The position numbers were made by a program, and so were the translations under genes. DNA of 63,958 nt, counting the filler, from an uncultured bacterium (GTDB taxonomy: Bacteria > Hinthialibacterota > Hinthialibacteria > Hinthialibacterales > Hinthialibacteraceae), in NCBI GenBank assembly GCA_964449065.1. It is 3 parts of 3 records of this genome, joined end to end, with 100 filler letters (N's around TTAATTAATTAA, not from the genome) between each part and the next. Parts side by side here need not be neighbours in the genome. Positions count along the whole stretch, not along the records: positions 45,443 to 63,958 come from CAYVAZ010000064.1; 2 more parts are not named here. One strand, 5' to 3'. The notes beneath the pieces were generated by a model. The model did no database searches and was not told the DNA's origin. It saw only the letters and a program-made list of their open reading frames with translations. This document shows positions 50,881 to 60,038 of the stretch, piece by piece; position 1 is the first letter of the stretch; the number at the start of each line of letters is the position of its first letter.

Positions 50881-50905
50881 CACTTAAACGAAAAAATAAT
50901 AGAAT
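50877..50905 (+). promoter_or_regulatory. Sigma70-type early promoter
   Basis: TTGACA-N17-TAGAAT. Confidence 0.75.
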
Positions 50906-51109
50906 ATTTTAATTAATCGAAAGAGGTTTTTATGTTGCGTATTGTTGGATTGCTTACGATCGGTGCTGCTCTTATCTTTGGGGCGCTCTATGTTACCGGA
51001 GATATTAGCGGTTCTGCTAAGGTTGAACTTACCGAGCAAGGTGAAAAACGTCTACAAGATACGAGAGCACTAGCTGAAGAAAGCGTATCGTCTCTTATAG
51101 AAAATTAAA

Positions 51110-51460
51110 ATGCATATTTGTCACGAGGAAATTTTTGCAGTAATGAATGTAATTCCTTTTTGGGATATCATTGTTCTTTACTGCAAAAACCTCATTTTTA
51201 AAATGGTTGGGTATTACCCAAATGATAAAAAACTGGAGAATAAACACATGCTAGAGATGGATGTGATTAGAGAAAGAATTGCGGCTGTTCAAGAAAGTGC
51301 GCTTAACCCTGTTAACCCTAACTGTGTATCACGAGAGCTGACATTTCAACAGGCTTGGTCAATTGTTCTTCGTTCTGAAGAGCTTACGAATTACCCTACT
51401 GACAATCAACAGTTGTTAAGAGAAATTGAGACCTGTTACCGTCAAAGAATGAGGCATTAA
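51110..51460 (+). CDS. Phage hypothetical protein
   Basis: ORF; alternative start at 51248 with GGAG RBS. Confidence 0.5.
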   Translation: MHICHEEIFAVMNVIPFWDIIVLYCKNLIFKMVGYYPNDKKLENKHMLEMDVIRERIAAVQESALNPVNPNCVSRELTFQQAWSIVLRSEELTNYPTDNQQLLREIETCYRQRMRH

Positions 51461-51465
51461 TTATA

Positions 51466-51765
51466 ATGAATGTTTTTATGGATGATGTGAGGCCCGGACC
51501 CACTAGCTATGATGCGGATGATTTTTGGCAAAATTGGGTTGTTGTTCGTAGCGTTCGTAATACTAAGAAGCTTCTTGAGTGGGGTCAGGTAAACGATTTG
51601 TCTCTTGATCATGATATGGGGCCGGGTCAAGAAACGGGATATGATCTTGTAAAGTGGATGGCTGAAAATAATATCTGGCCCAATGGCAAGATTAGTGTTC
51701 ATTCGGCAAATCCAGTTGGAGCTGAAAATATGCGGGCAACTATTGATCGTTACCGGTGTAAATAA
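51466..51765 (+). CDS. Cyclic-phosphate processing receiver domain protein
   Basis: FMDDVRP, SLDHDMG, TGYD...W, VHSANPVG...M. Confidence 0.85.
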   Translation: MNVFMDDVRPGPTSYDADDFWQNWVVVRSVRNTKKLLEWGQVNDLSLDHDMGPGQETGYDLVKWMAENNIWPNGKISVHSANPVGAENMRATIDRYRCK

Positions 51766-52242
51766 ATGCTTGGTCCTTCCCATATTAACCCTAATTATAC
51801 AAAAATAAAATTGAAAAAAGTCAGGAAGAAGTTTATGGCTCCAAAAATTGGTGGAGTTTGGGTCTTTGAGGGGGCCTCTCTCACCAAACTTCCCGACTAT
51901 TTTCATAAGGAAGATGCCGTTACAGTTTGCATATCAAATTGTGGTAAATACTGGTATGGAACCGTTGGCATGGCAAATATAAAGGTAGGGGGTAATTTAC
52001 CAATTTCCAAATTTGATGAAGACAGAAACCCAGTTTATATTAATATAAATGATTTGCAAGATACTGAAATTTGGGAAGAGATCAGGTTTGCCTTGAAACA
52101 AAATAAATTAGGTCCAGCAACTTCTGGTTTTCATCCAAGCGTAAATCAAAAATGTTATTGTGATAATCAACAACTTATGCTAAATGGTTGTGTAAGTGCA
52201 AAGGGCGGTGTTTGCCCAAATACTCCAAAGGAACTATTATGA
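51766..52242 (+). CDS. Phage hypothetical protein
   Basis: ORF with C-terminal CYC...L...GC motif. Confidence 0.6.
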   Translation: MLGPSHINPNYTKIKLKKVRKKFMAPKIGGVWVFEGASLTKLPDYFHKEDAVTVCISNCGKYWYGTVGMANIKVGGNLPISKFDEDRNPVYININDLQDTEIWEEIRFALKQNKLGPATSGFHPSVNQKCYCDNQQLMLNGCVSAKGGVCPNTPKELL

Positions 52243-52646
52243 CTAAGAAAATTATGAAGACAAGAAATGGTGCTAAAGAAAAGATTAAGGTTTTCTTTTC
52301 TTTTTCAAAGAAGGCTTTTATTACTGCTATTTTGTTAGCATCTCATGTGGGTGTAGGATATTTTGCATATGATGAAGGCCATAAAAGGGGCAACCAAGAT
52401 AGTTATAACGAGAATATGCAGTATGCAGCAGTCCAAGCTGATGCAAGATGGGCATCTGAAAAAGAAGATCTAGAAAAAGAAATTAAAATTCTAACCATGG
52501 AAATTGATCAAACAAACGCTATTAAGTTGCGCTATGACCTTAGAAGTTGTAGACAAGAGTTAAAGACTGCTAGTATGTTTCAGCGCGCCTTTGAAGACGT
52601 TGTGTCAACTCACAATGCAAAGGTTCGTAAAAACAGAAGGCAATGA
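52239..52646 (+). CDS. Membrane-anchored coiled-coil protein
   Basis: ATGA overlap, one TM then heptad-rich region. Confidence 0.6.
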   Translation: MTKKIMKTRNGAKEKIKVFFSFSKKAFITAILLASHVGVGYFAYDEGHKRGNQDSYNENMQYAAVQADARWASEKEDLEKEIKILTMEIDQTNAIKLRYDLRSCRQELKTASMFQRAFEDVVSTHNAKVRKNRRQ

Positions 52647-52809
52647 AGGGTGTTATAAGAGGACAGCATCTAATTACACATGCTTACACCATTGTAACTG
52701 AATTTGGTATGACTACCTACATAAGATGCATAAGAGCTGTTGTGTTAAGTCAAAATAAAACATTTTTACAATGTGTATGTGAAGATGGTTACCAATCTAG
52801 GAGAAAAAA

Positions 52810-53115
52810 ATGAGTTTACCTGTTAAAGAAGATCCTCGACAAGCTTGGGAGTACTTTGCTGAGACTGTAAATGATCAAGGTTACGAAAGACAAATTAGAG
52901 CAAAGTTCAAGGCTACCGACGAAGAAGAAGCTGCAATTACTGTTAATGAGCTTCTAAACAAGCGTCTACGCAGACCAGAGCTTTGGTATGGTGTAGGTAT
53001 TAGGGTGTATCCCATTGGAGTGTCTGACTTTAGCGCTTTTGAAATGGTCATTGAAGGTGACTTTGAAGAGGATGTGGTCCTTGAGCCTGTAAATTATACT
53101 GAGAGGTCGAGATGA
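52810..53115 (+). CDS. Phage hypothetical protein
   Basis: AGGAG RBS. Confidence 0.65.
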   Translation: MSLPVKEDPRQAWEYFAETVNDQGYERQIRAKFKATDEEEAAITVNELLNKRLRRPELWYGVGIRVYPIGVSDFSAFEMVIEGDFEEDVVLEPVNYTERSR

Positions 53116-53330
53116 TTGTAAGAGTTGGTTTAGATAAATATGGTGATTTTGCGTATAAGCCAGAGCATCTTGAGTCAGTTTTGTATGGAGAGATTCAAAG
53201 TGAAACACTAGATTCTTATGTTGTTTTTATCAAGCTATCTGAAGACTCATGGGTAATTAGACCTGTCGACAAAAGCAATCCTCCAATCTTTTTTGAATTT
53301 GAAAGCCGAGCTAATAGTAAAAGCCAGTAG
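53112..53330 (+). CDS. Phage hypothetical protein
   Basis: ATGA overlap. Confidence 0.6.
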   Translation: MIVRVGLDKYGDFAYKPEHLESVLYGEIQSETLDSYVVFIKLSEDSWVIRPVDKSNPPIFFEFESRANSKSQ

Positions 53331-53487
53331 AAATGCTTAAATCAGCAAATAAGATTTTGAAGGTATGAAAGAAGAAGAAATTTTTGAAAATGGTAAAACT
53401 TATATTGTTCGTACTCTTAGATCATAAAAATTTGCAAAACTCCGCCAAACTTAAAAAAACAAGTAAATATTAGGAAGGGGATATTTC

Positions 53488-53673
53488 ATGAAACAAGGTT
53501 GGATTGAAGAAGGTGTACGTAGGTTTCATTATGTAGATGACAAACTTCATTGTAAAGATGGACCTGCGGTTGTTTACGCTGATGGTAACCAACAATGGTG
53601 GCTGAATGGAAAATATTACGGAAACACCGAAACAAAAGAATACCTTGCCGAAGTTGCAAAACTTAAAAAATAA
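53488..53673 (+). CDS. Small protein with LH..DGPA..W..NG repeat unit
   Basis: LHCKDGPAVVYADGNQQWWLNGK. Confidence 0.7.
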   Translation: MKQGWIEEGVRRFHYVDDKLHCKDGPAVVYADGNQQWWLNGKYYGNTETKEYLAEVAKLKK

Positions 53674-53717
53674 ACAACACAAACTTGAAAAAACAAGTGG
53701 AATATTAGGAAGAAGTT

Positions 53718-53969
53718 ATGATTGAAAGTCTTAAGAACGAAATTGAAAACTATCGCATATTTATTCAGTATGCATGCAAGCGACGCATAGCTGATCTTAC
53801 CCGAGTTGCTTTGCTTGCTGAATCAGGGGAACCTATCTACGGAATTGGCTCAAGCAATGAGCGAGATATTATTCAGTGGGTAGCGAAAGTGGAAGCACTC
53901 GAAGAAGCTGTTAAGGCTATGGAAATGGGAGAGGTTGATATTGCAAGCTCTTTTGCCGCTCTGAGCTAG
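53718..53969 (+). CDS. Phage hypothetical protein
   Basis: ORF preceded by repeated upstream motif. Confidence 0.6.
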   Translation: MIESLKNEIENYRIFIQYACKRRIADLTRVALLAESGEPIYGIGSSNERDIIQWVAKVEALEEAVKAMEMGEVDIASSFAALS

Positions 53970-53973
53970 TGAA

Positions 53974-54258
53974 ATGCTTGACAGTATTCGTCAAATTCAA
54001 GATCCTTTAATTATTTTAAAAATAAATTTATGCTTTACTGTAATTGTACTAATACTTTCTTACCTGGTAAAGGCGCAGCTAAAATTTGCTTTAAAAGGGC
54101 TTTGGTACACCTTTAACGTTAAGAAATTCAAAGAAGAAATCGCTAATAAATATAACATGTTGAGTTATGTTTTTTGCCTCATACTCTTTTTTATATTAGC
54201 TAACGTTGCGCTAAATATTTTATTTGTTTATATTCTTTTATTTTTAATGGTAATGTGA
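53974..54258 (+). CDS. Small membrane protein
   Basis: Two hydrophobic segments. Confidence 0.5.
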   Translation: MLDSIRQIQDPLIILKINLCFTVIVLILSYLVKAQLKFALKGLWYTFNVKKFKEEIANKYNMLSYVFCLILFFILANVALNILFVYILLFLMVM

Positions 54259-54602
54259 TGAGTTGGAATATTAAAACCAAAAAAGACTTGGGGCTTTGGA
54301 ATTCTTTTTACAGGGATGATGGAGAACATGGTGCTGATTGGTTTTGGGAAAGCTTTCAAATCAAAAGCGCTCCCTTGTATGAAGACGAGTGCTGGTCGCA
54401 CATTCCAAAAGTTTGGGCTAATGATGTTTCTGAATTGTTGCACACCTTACAAAGTAAATTTAATATAAGCTTTGTTCAGATTAAAGAGAAATTTTGTGAG
54501 CTAATTATTTATTATAATGCCCCAGAATTTCAAAAAAAAGAAATTGATAAGCTTATTAAAGATGCAAAAGATAAGATGCGTGCGAAAGCAATACATCCAT
54601 AG
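54255..54602 (+). CDS. Phage hypothetical protein (QIKEKF motif)
   Basis: FVQIKEKFCEL.IYY. Confidence 0.65.
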   Translation: MMSWNIKTKKDLGLWNSFYRDDGEHGADWFWESFQIKSAPLYEDECWSHIPKVWANDVSELLHTLQSKFNISFVQIKEKFCELIIYYNAPEFQKKEIDKLIKDAKDKMRAKAIHP

Positions 54603-54711
54603 GAGGATAATATGATGTGGTTTTTTACAAATACTGTAGTAGTTGCTGTTGCAATTGGCTGTGTGTTTTGTTTGGTGAATGATTTTGTTATTCTAATGCG
54701 TAAACGTTAAA

Positions 54712-55104
54712 ATGGAAGAAATTAATATTAAAACCATCGGTTTTTACAGAAAACTAAGAAGACGCTATAGAATGTTAGCTTTTATATTTTTAATCTTTGG
54801 CTTTTTAAATGCGCTATTTGCAATAACAATTTCAGAATCTTTTTTCTTTATTAATATGCTTGCTTCCGTTTTTTCTTTTGCTACTATGCAGAAAGACTTT
54901 TCAAAGGCTAGCTTGATTGATTTTAATATAAATAGATATGAATATTTGGTTAACTTAGCTAACAAGTATTCCAAAGAGAATCTTGATAGGGTTCAAACTT
55001 TATTTGATCAGTCTTCCTGCAGGGTTAGGCACGGGTTAGATTGGGAGTCTTCTGTTGAGAGGCTAAAAAATGAACTAAAGAAAGAATTTGGAGAACAAGA
55101 ATGA
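54712..55104 (+). CDS. Membrane protein
   Basis: Two TM segments. Confidence 0.55.
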   Translation: MEEINIKTIGFYRKLRRRYRMLAFIFLIFGFLNALFAITISESFFFINMLASVFSFATMQKDFSKASLIDFNINRYEYLVNLANKYSKENLDRVQTLFDQSSCRVRHGLDWESSVERLKNELKKEFGEQE

Positions 55105-55274
55105 ATTGGCTGATCTTTTTTGCAATTTTATTTGCTGCTTTTGCTGCTATGTATCATTATACATACCTTCCTGGCTTCGAACATTGTAAAGACATGTGTG
55201 ATCCCAGACAGGTTGTTGAGTATTCTTTGCTCAAATGTGAGTGCGAATATAGATTTTAAAAAGAAGGATGTACA

Positions 55275-55469
55275 ATGAAAATCGCAAGTTTATTTGAGAA
55301 AGATATTTATATTGAGGACGAAGCCTTGACAGACGAAACTAAAAATGCTATTGAATCATATAACAAAACTTTGAAAGGCTTATTTGTGAAAAAGAATACA
55401 ATTAAGATTAAAGTAAGTGACATTGTATATTTTCCATACATGGCAAAACTAAGCAGTGTCAAAAACTGA
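55275..55469 (+). CDS. Phage hypothetical protein
   Basis: AAGGA RBS. Confidence 0.55.
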   Translation: MKIASLFEKDIYIEDEALTDETKNAIESYNKTLKGLFVKKNTIKIKVSDIVYFPYMAKLSSVKN

Positions 55470-55479
55470 GGCAAGTAAA

Positions 55480-55755
55480 ATGAAAAATACACATCTTTAT
55501 TCAACTATTGACGAGGCCATTAGAACTAAGCGTTTTATTGGCGGACTTGGTATTCTTAAAAAAGATGGTAGTGTTGTTAAACTCAATGGTCAGATATTTT
55601 CTCGCCACACTACCAAATCAGGCGAAGAGGTTCTTACGATTGACAACTTCTTTGGTAAAACTCGAAAAGGTAAAAAGAAAAGATGGCAAATGGTTTTGGT
55701 AAAAAACCTAATCGCACTCAACAGTGATCATTGGAAGATGTCACGGGCTGCTTAG
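55480..55755 (+). CDS. Phage hypothetical protein (basic, SH3-like)
   Basis: KKDGSVVKLNG..WQMV. Confidence 0.6.
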   Translation: MKNTHLYSTIDEAIRTKRFIGGLGILKKDGSVVKLNGQIFSRHTTKSGEEVLTIDNFFGKTRKGKKKRWQMVLVKNLIALNSDHWKMSRAA

Positions 55756-55764
55756 GATTTTCGG

Positions 55765-56685
55765 ATGAGTAATGTAAGTTTGGGGCATTGGGATCCTTAT
55801 AATTATTTTCCAGGCTTACCTGCATCAAGCGCAAAGCTAAATCCATTACAAAGAGATTCTAAAATATTTGAATTTTGTGACAGAGCAAAATTGTACTTAG
55901 AATCTAAACGTGAAGCTATTTATAAAAATAGAGATTGGTACTATCAAAAAATACCAAACCTTATAAATAAAAAAATAGTCGTCAAAAAACTAGTTAGCAT
56001 TCTAATAAAAGAAAATTCAAATTTATTTTCCATGCATACTATTGGAAAAGAAAACATTTTGGTTTGTAAGCTAACTAAAGAAGAAATTAAATTCGATGAT
56101 GAGTGGAATCTAATTAATCATACTTACAATTATGAGGATTCTTTTTCTGCTATTTGTATGCAGGTACCAGAAGATGTCATTGTACAAACCCTTGTAGAAG
56201 ATCAAGATAAGGCTACTTTGTTACACCTTTGTCATGCGAACGGCTGGTCGGCAAGATGGGCAGTAGGTAAAAGCTTTGGAAATATCCATGATGGGGTTCG
56301 TAGGTCTGACGACAAACATGTAATAAAGACTCCAGAAAAAATGGTAAGTCACCTAATAAACATGGAAAGCCCAATTGAAAGAATTGGTGCTATCAATTTT
56401 AAAACCGATTCTTTTTTAGATAGACACCCTTCTCATCCTGAAAGTAGGCACAGTCCCTTTAACCCATCAGATCCAAAATTATTTATGCGATTTGAAAGAC
56501 AGACTGTTACTCCATTACCAGAAGCTGATTCGTTTATATTTACAATTAAAACCTATATGGTGGATTGTGAAAGAGAAAAAGAAACTGTATTAAGCGCTTT
56601 ATTAAATTCAAATAAAGATGCTTATTCAAGACATTTTATAAATAAGCATAAAGAAGAGGTTATTAAGTGGCTAACGCAGAAATGA
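55765..56685 (+). CDS. DUF3445 / heme-dependent oxidative N-demethylase alpha-like protein
   Basis: QVPEDVIV, LCHANGW....GKSF..IH..V, LFMRFERQT..LPE....FTIKTY. Confidence 0.75.
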   Translation: MSNVSLGHWDPYNYFPGLPASSAKLNPLQRDSKIFEFCDRAKLYLESKREAIYKNRDWYYQKIPNLINKKIVVKKLVSILIKENSNLFSMHTIGKENILVCKLTKEEIKFDDEWNLINHTYNYEDSFSAICMQVPEDVIVQTLVEDQDKATLLHLCHANGWSARWAVGKSFGNIHDGVRRSDDKHVIKTPEKMVSHLINMESPIERIGAINFKTDSFLDRHPSHPESRHSPFNPSDPKLFMRFERQTVTPLPEADSFIFTIKTYMVDCEREKETVLSALLNSNKDAYSRHFINKHKEEVIKWLTQK

Positions 56686-56975
56686 AAAAAAGCTTAATTG
56701 CTATAAGTATTGTTGGAATTTTATTTGCTATCTTTGTAATTTTCTCTATTGATGTAGTAAAAACAGAAACTCGGTTAAACAATAATAGATTGAGTGCAAA
56801 TGTTTCATGCCCACTTCCAAGCTCCGCTCTTGAGGATGAAGTATTTCTCTGGATAAAAAAATATGATAAAGCTATGAAAATATATGCTCAATGCAATAGA
56901 GATCTTGCACTGATTGCGGAAGAATGTAATTATAACATCATATGTACAGATCAAGTGTGCGAGTTGCCAAAATGA
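56682..56975 (+). CDS. Exported or membrane-anchored hypothetical protein
   Basis: Signal-like N-terminus, ATGA overlap. Confidence 0.55.
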   Translation: MKKSLIAISIVGILFAIFVIFSIDVVKTETRLNNNRLSANVSCPLPSSALEDEVFLWIKKYDKAMKIYAQCNRDLALIAEECNYNIICTDQVCELPK

Positions 56976-57331
56976 GTAAGTTTGAAAAAAGAAGAGCACA
57001 TATTGAAATGTTGAGCCCTAAAACTTGTAGGATTACAACAGCTCTAACTCAAAAGGTTTTTGATTTAAGCAAGCTCAGCGAACATGGTATTGATCTTATC
57101 TATTTAAATAAAAAAACTTTGGTAAGCATGATCGATTATGGCCCTAGTAGATTTTATGCTTATGTTCGTAGAAAAGATTATGACAGTGGTATGGAAAAAT
57201 ATAGGATTGAGGTTTACGCTTGCATAGCTCCAAACAATTATATTAAAGTACCTTCTGATAGTGACCCAAATATATTTGATGTAGAACCAGGAAAAGCAGA
57301 AACTTTTTCTGTTACTCTTTATACGGGATAA
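56972..57331 (+). CDS. Phage hypothetical protein
   Basis: ATGA overlap. Confidence 0.6.
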   Translation: MSKFEKRRAHIEMLSPKTCRITTALTQKVFDLSKLSEHGIDLIYLNKKTLVSMIDYGPSRFYAYVRRKDYDSGMEKYRIEVYACIAPNNYIKVPSDSDPNIFDVEPGKAETFSVTLYTG

Positions 57332-57341
57332 GGAAAAGACA

Positions 57342-57806
57342 ATGAGTGAAGATTTTTATCATGATGATGATTTGTTGCCAGAAAATATCGAAGGTAATTT
57401 GAATTATTACTCAGTAGAGTGTTGGTCTAATGAGCGTTTTCCTGTAAGAGATGGAACAGTAAATGATGTGCAGGTTGCAGCTGTATATACTTCTTTTGAC
57501 GGCGCAGCAGAATTTTGTAAGAGACACCCAAATTATGGTGGCAGTGAAGATAATTGGCACTGGAGAATCAATAGAGGTATGCTTAATAAAGATCCTTTGA
57601 ATACTGTTGGGCCTAGGAGTGACTGGTGGAAATTTGATAGGCATATGAGGGAATTAGAAAGAATACAGAATCCTAATTTCAAATCCAAAGAGGATCTTAA
57701 AAATAGAATTGATTATTGTGAAGATGCTATTGAAGAAATAAGTTCAAAACTTGGTGAGTTTAAAAATGAACTCGAAGAATTAAGACTTGAACTGGAAGAT
57801 ATTTGA
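57342..57806 (+). CDS. Phage hypothetical protein with C-terminal coiled coil
   Basis: AAGGA RBS. Confidence 0.65.
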   Translation: MSEDFYHDDDLLPENIEGNLNYYSVECWSNERFPVRDGTVNDVQVAAVYTSFDGAAEFCKRHPNYGGSEDNWHWRINRGMLNKDPLNTVGPRSDWWKFDRHMRELERIQNPNFKSKEDLKNRIDYCEDAIEEISSKLGEFKNELEELRLELEDI

Positions 57807-58693
57807 TGAAACCAAGGTATGTTGTAATTGCATTTTTGTATTTTTCCGCAATTCAATGTGCTACATTTAATCACTTAAAAAAATATCCTAATTTTGAAAA
57901 ACTCGGCGAGAAAGAAAAAAAAATATTAAACAGGATAGATAAAAAACTTGTATCTCATCCGAATAAAGAATACTATTACTCACGCCTAAGGGATCTTTTG
58001 CTTGTTCCTCAAAAGACCATAAAGATCAATAAGCTAGCTAAAAAGCAAAAAAAAGATTTAAAAGTATCTGTTAAAAACGAGAGTCAAAAAGCTACTGTAA
58101 AAAATCCTACTCCCAAATCTTCTTTAATAAATTATGGGTGGGTTAAGGTCTTTCCTTTCGGTAAAAATGGACCTTACTTTTATTTATGGGCAAATAACCC
58201 TCTCGATATAAAAGTAAAAATAAATATATATGTTGATACAGATACTGAAACACAACAAAAAATTTACTCTTTAGAATCTGCCATTGAAGATCATGTTGCC
58301 AGAAAAGGTTTTGAAGTAGATATAACATTTGTCTCTGCAGAATACGAAGAGATTCAGAGTACGTTTACTGTAAAATCAAACCATGGAGAGTGGGCCACTG
58401 CTATAAACTGGGTAGGCGGCAAAAATACGATGGCTCATGAACTTATGCACTTATTAGGTCTTGATGATGAATATAATAAAATCGAAATGCATTATGATAA
58501 TGACGCAATGCCATGGGAACAGAGGCTGCTAATTTTCTTATACGGAATCGATCAAGAAATACCAGAAGATGCTGAAGATGGAATTATGGTTTATGGTACA
58601 TTAAAACCTTTACAAAGACATGTCTGCGCTATAGCTAAACTTGGAGACAGCTGTACCGAGCTGAGAACCAAAGTATATGGCAAATGGAACTAG
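57803..58693 (+). CDS. Exported zinc metalloprotease-like protein
   Basis: Signal/lipoprotein-like leader; AHELMHLLGLDDEY and GIM Met-turn. Confidence 0.7.
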   Translation: MMKPRYVVIAFLYFSAIQCATFNHLKKYPNFEKLGEKEKKILNRIDKKLVSHPNKEYYYSRLRDLLLVPQKTIKINKLAKKQKKDLKVSVKNESQKATVKNPTPKSSLINYGWVKVFPFGKNGPYFYLWANNPLDIKVKINIYVDTDTETQQKIYSLESAIEDHVARKGFEVDITFVSAEYEEIQSTFTVKSNHGEWATAINWVGGKNTMAHELMHLLGLDDEYNKIEMHYDNDAMPWEQRLLIFLYGIDQEIPEDAEDGIMVYGTLKPLQRHVCAIAKLGDSCTELRTKVYGKWN

Positions 58694-58751
58694 CTACTAA
58701 TTAATTTATATAATATAATACCTTTTAAGTTTTGGTATTGGGAGGTATTAT

Positions 58752-59285
58752 ATGAAAACATTTTTAAAAGTGTTAGGTTTTTTGTGGTTATTACCTGCAA
58801 CTATTTTGGTTTGGCTATTCTATATTTTGCCACTTTGGGCTATTGGTGAAATTAAATATGAAGGTAAAGCAGATACATTTATCTGGATATTCCAAAATCC
58901 TATAGGCAAATCATATTACGATAAATTATGGTCTAAGTGGGCTGGTTGGTCCGGACCTTGTGTATATATTTACAAGCCTTATCTGCAAAAAGACTATCCT
59001 TGGATAAGCCAGGAAGATCTAGACAAATATACAGAGATAACTAGGGTTCATGAGGTAAGACACTGTATTCAACAATTTACATTTGGAGTGTTTCATTATC
59101 CACTGTACGGATTAGAGTCTGCGCGCATTTGGTTCTTAAATTTATTTCGCTCATATGAGAAAAAGAAGCATATATACTTATTTAACAGATTTGAGATAGA
59201 CGCAAGAAAGGCTGCAGGACAAACGGTTAATATTCCAAGAGAGAATTGGCCTGATGGTCCTAATGATTACAATCCATGGATATAA
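58752..59285 (+). CDS. Membrane-anchored HEXXH zincin-like protein
   Basis: HEVRHCIQQ and NRFEIDAR. Confidence 0.7.
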   Translation: MKTFLKVLGFLWLLPATILVWLFYILPLWAIGEIKYEGKADTFIWIFQNPIGKSYYDKLWSKWAGWSGPCVYIYKPYLQKDYPWISQEDLDKYTEITRVHEVRHCIQQFTFGVFHYPLYGLESARIWFLNLFRSYEKKKHIYLFNRFEIDARKAAGQTVNIPRENWPDGPNDYNPWI

Positions 59286-59393
59286 AAAATGCTATTACTA
59301 AGCTAACATATAGAAATTACTTTAGAAGTAAAACTTTTAACAGCCTTTTTGTATTACATATAAATAGACAATTAGGGATTAAGACAAAAAAAG

Positions 59394-59945
59394 ATGCCAA
59401 GAAGAAGACTAGACAAAATTATACTCATTGATTTGGAAGCAACTTGTTGGGAAACCAGGGAAGATCGAGGCGATCAGGCTTCTGAAATCATTGAAATTGG
59501 TGCTTGTTTTCTTAATATGAAAACTGGCAATCCAGAACAGAAAGCTAGTTATCTAATTCGCCCTGTTAAATCGACTATTAGTGAGTACTGCGTTAGTCTT
59601 ACAGGCATTACTCCTGAAATGATTAAAAACAAAGGTATCCCATTCGGAGATGCCATCAATAAATTTAAAAAAGAATTTGGCCCATCGTCTCGCACTTGGG
59701 CAAGTTGGGGGGCTTTTGATAGAGTCATGCTTGACAAACAGTGCAAATCTATCGGTATTAAGTATCCAATGGGATTAAATCACATCAATGCAAAAAATCT
59801 TTTTGCTCTCAAATATCGCTTGACACAAGAATTGGGTATGATAAAAGCATTAGAATATGTTAACCTAAAACTAGAGGGGAATCATCATAGGGCTGACGAT
59901 GATGCCTGGAACAGTGCCAAGCTTTTATGGAAAGCCTTATCTTAA
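59394..59945 (+). CDS. DEDDh 3'-5' exonuclease (ERI-1/KapD-like)
   Basis: IDLEATCW, EIIEIG, LTGI, SWG.FD, HHRADDDA. Confidence 0.92.
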   Translation: MPRRRLDKIILIDLEATCWETREDRGDQASEIIEIGACFLNMKTGNPEQKASYLIRPVKSTISEYCVSLTGITPEMIKNKGIPFGDAINKFKKEFGPSSRTWASWGAFDRVMLDKQCKSIGIKYPMGLNHINAKNLFALKYRLTQELGMIKALEYVNLKLEGNHHRADDDAWNSAKLLWKALS

Positions 59946-60018
59946 ACCCTGCGAGCCGGATGCTCAGCAGAGCCTTCTAAGCTCAGCTTGCTAGGTTCAA
60001 CTCCTAGGCAGGGTTCCA
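59946..60018 (+). tRNA. tRNA-Arg(TCT), atypical D-arm, encoded CCA
   Basis: Acceptor ACCCTGC/GCAGGGT, anticodon arm GAGC-CTTCTAA-GCTC, T-arm CTAGG-TTCAACT-CCTAG, 3' TCCA. Confidence 0.8.
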
Positions 60019-60038
60019 TTCTATTAAGGAGAGATAAA

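Noticed and set aside
59946..60018. Amber suppressor (CTA) reading of the tRNA and stop-codon recoding in the phage
   Set aside because: Stem pairing centres TCT in the loop; phage genes end normally at TAG/TGA/TAA, often with coupled downstream starts
59988..60038. Extended N-terminus of the RNA ligase given by the ORF track
   Set aside because: Overlaps the tRNA; GTG at 60039 has a proper AAGGAG RBS
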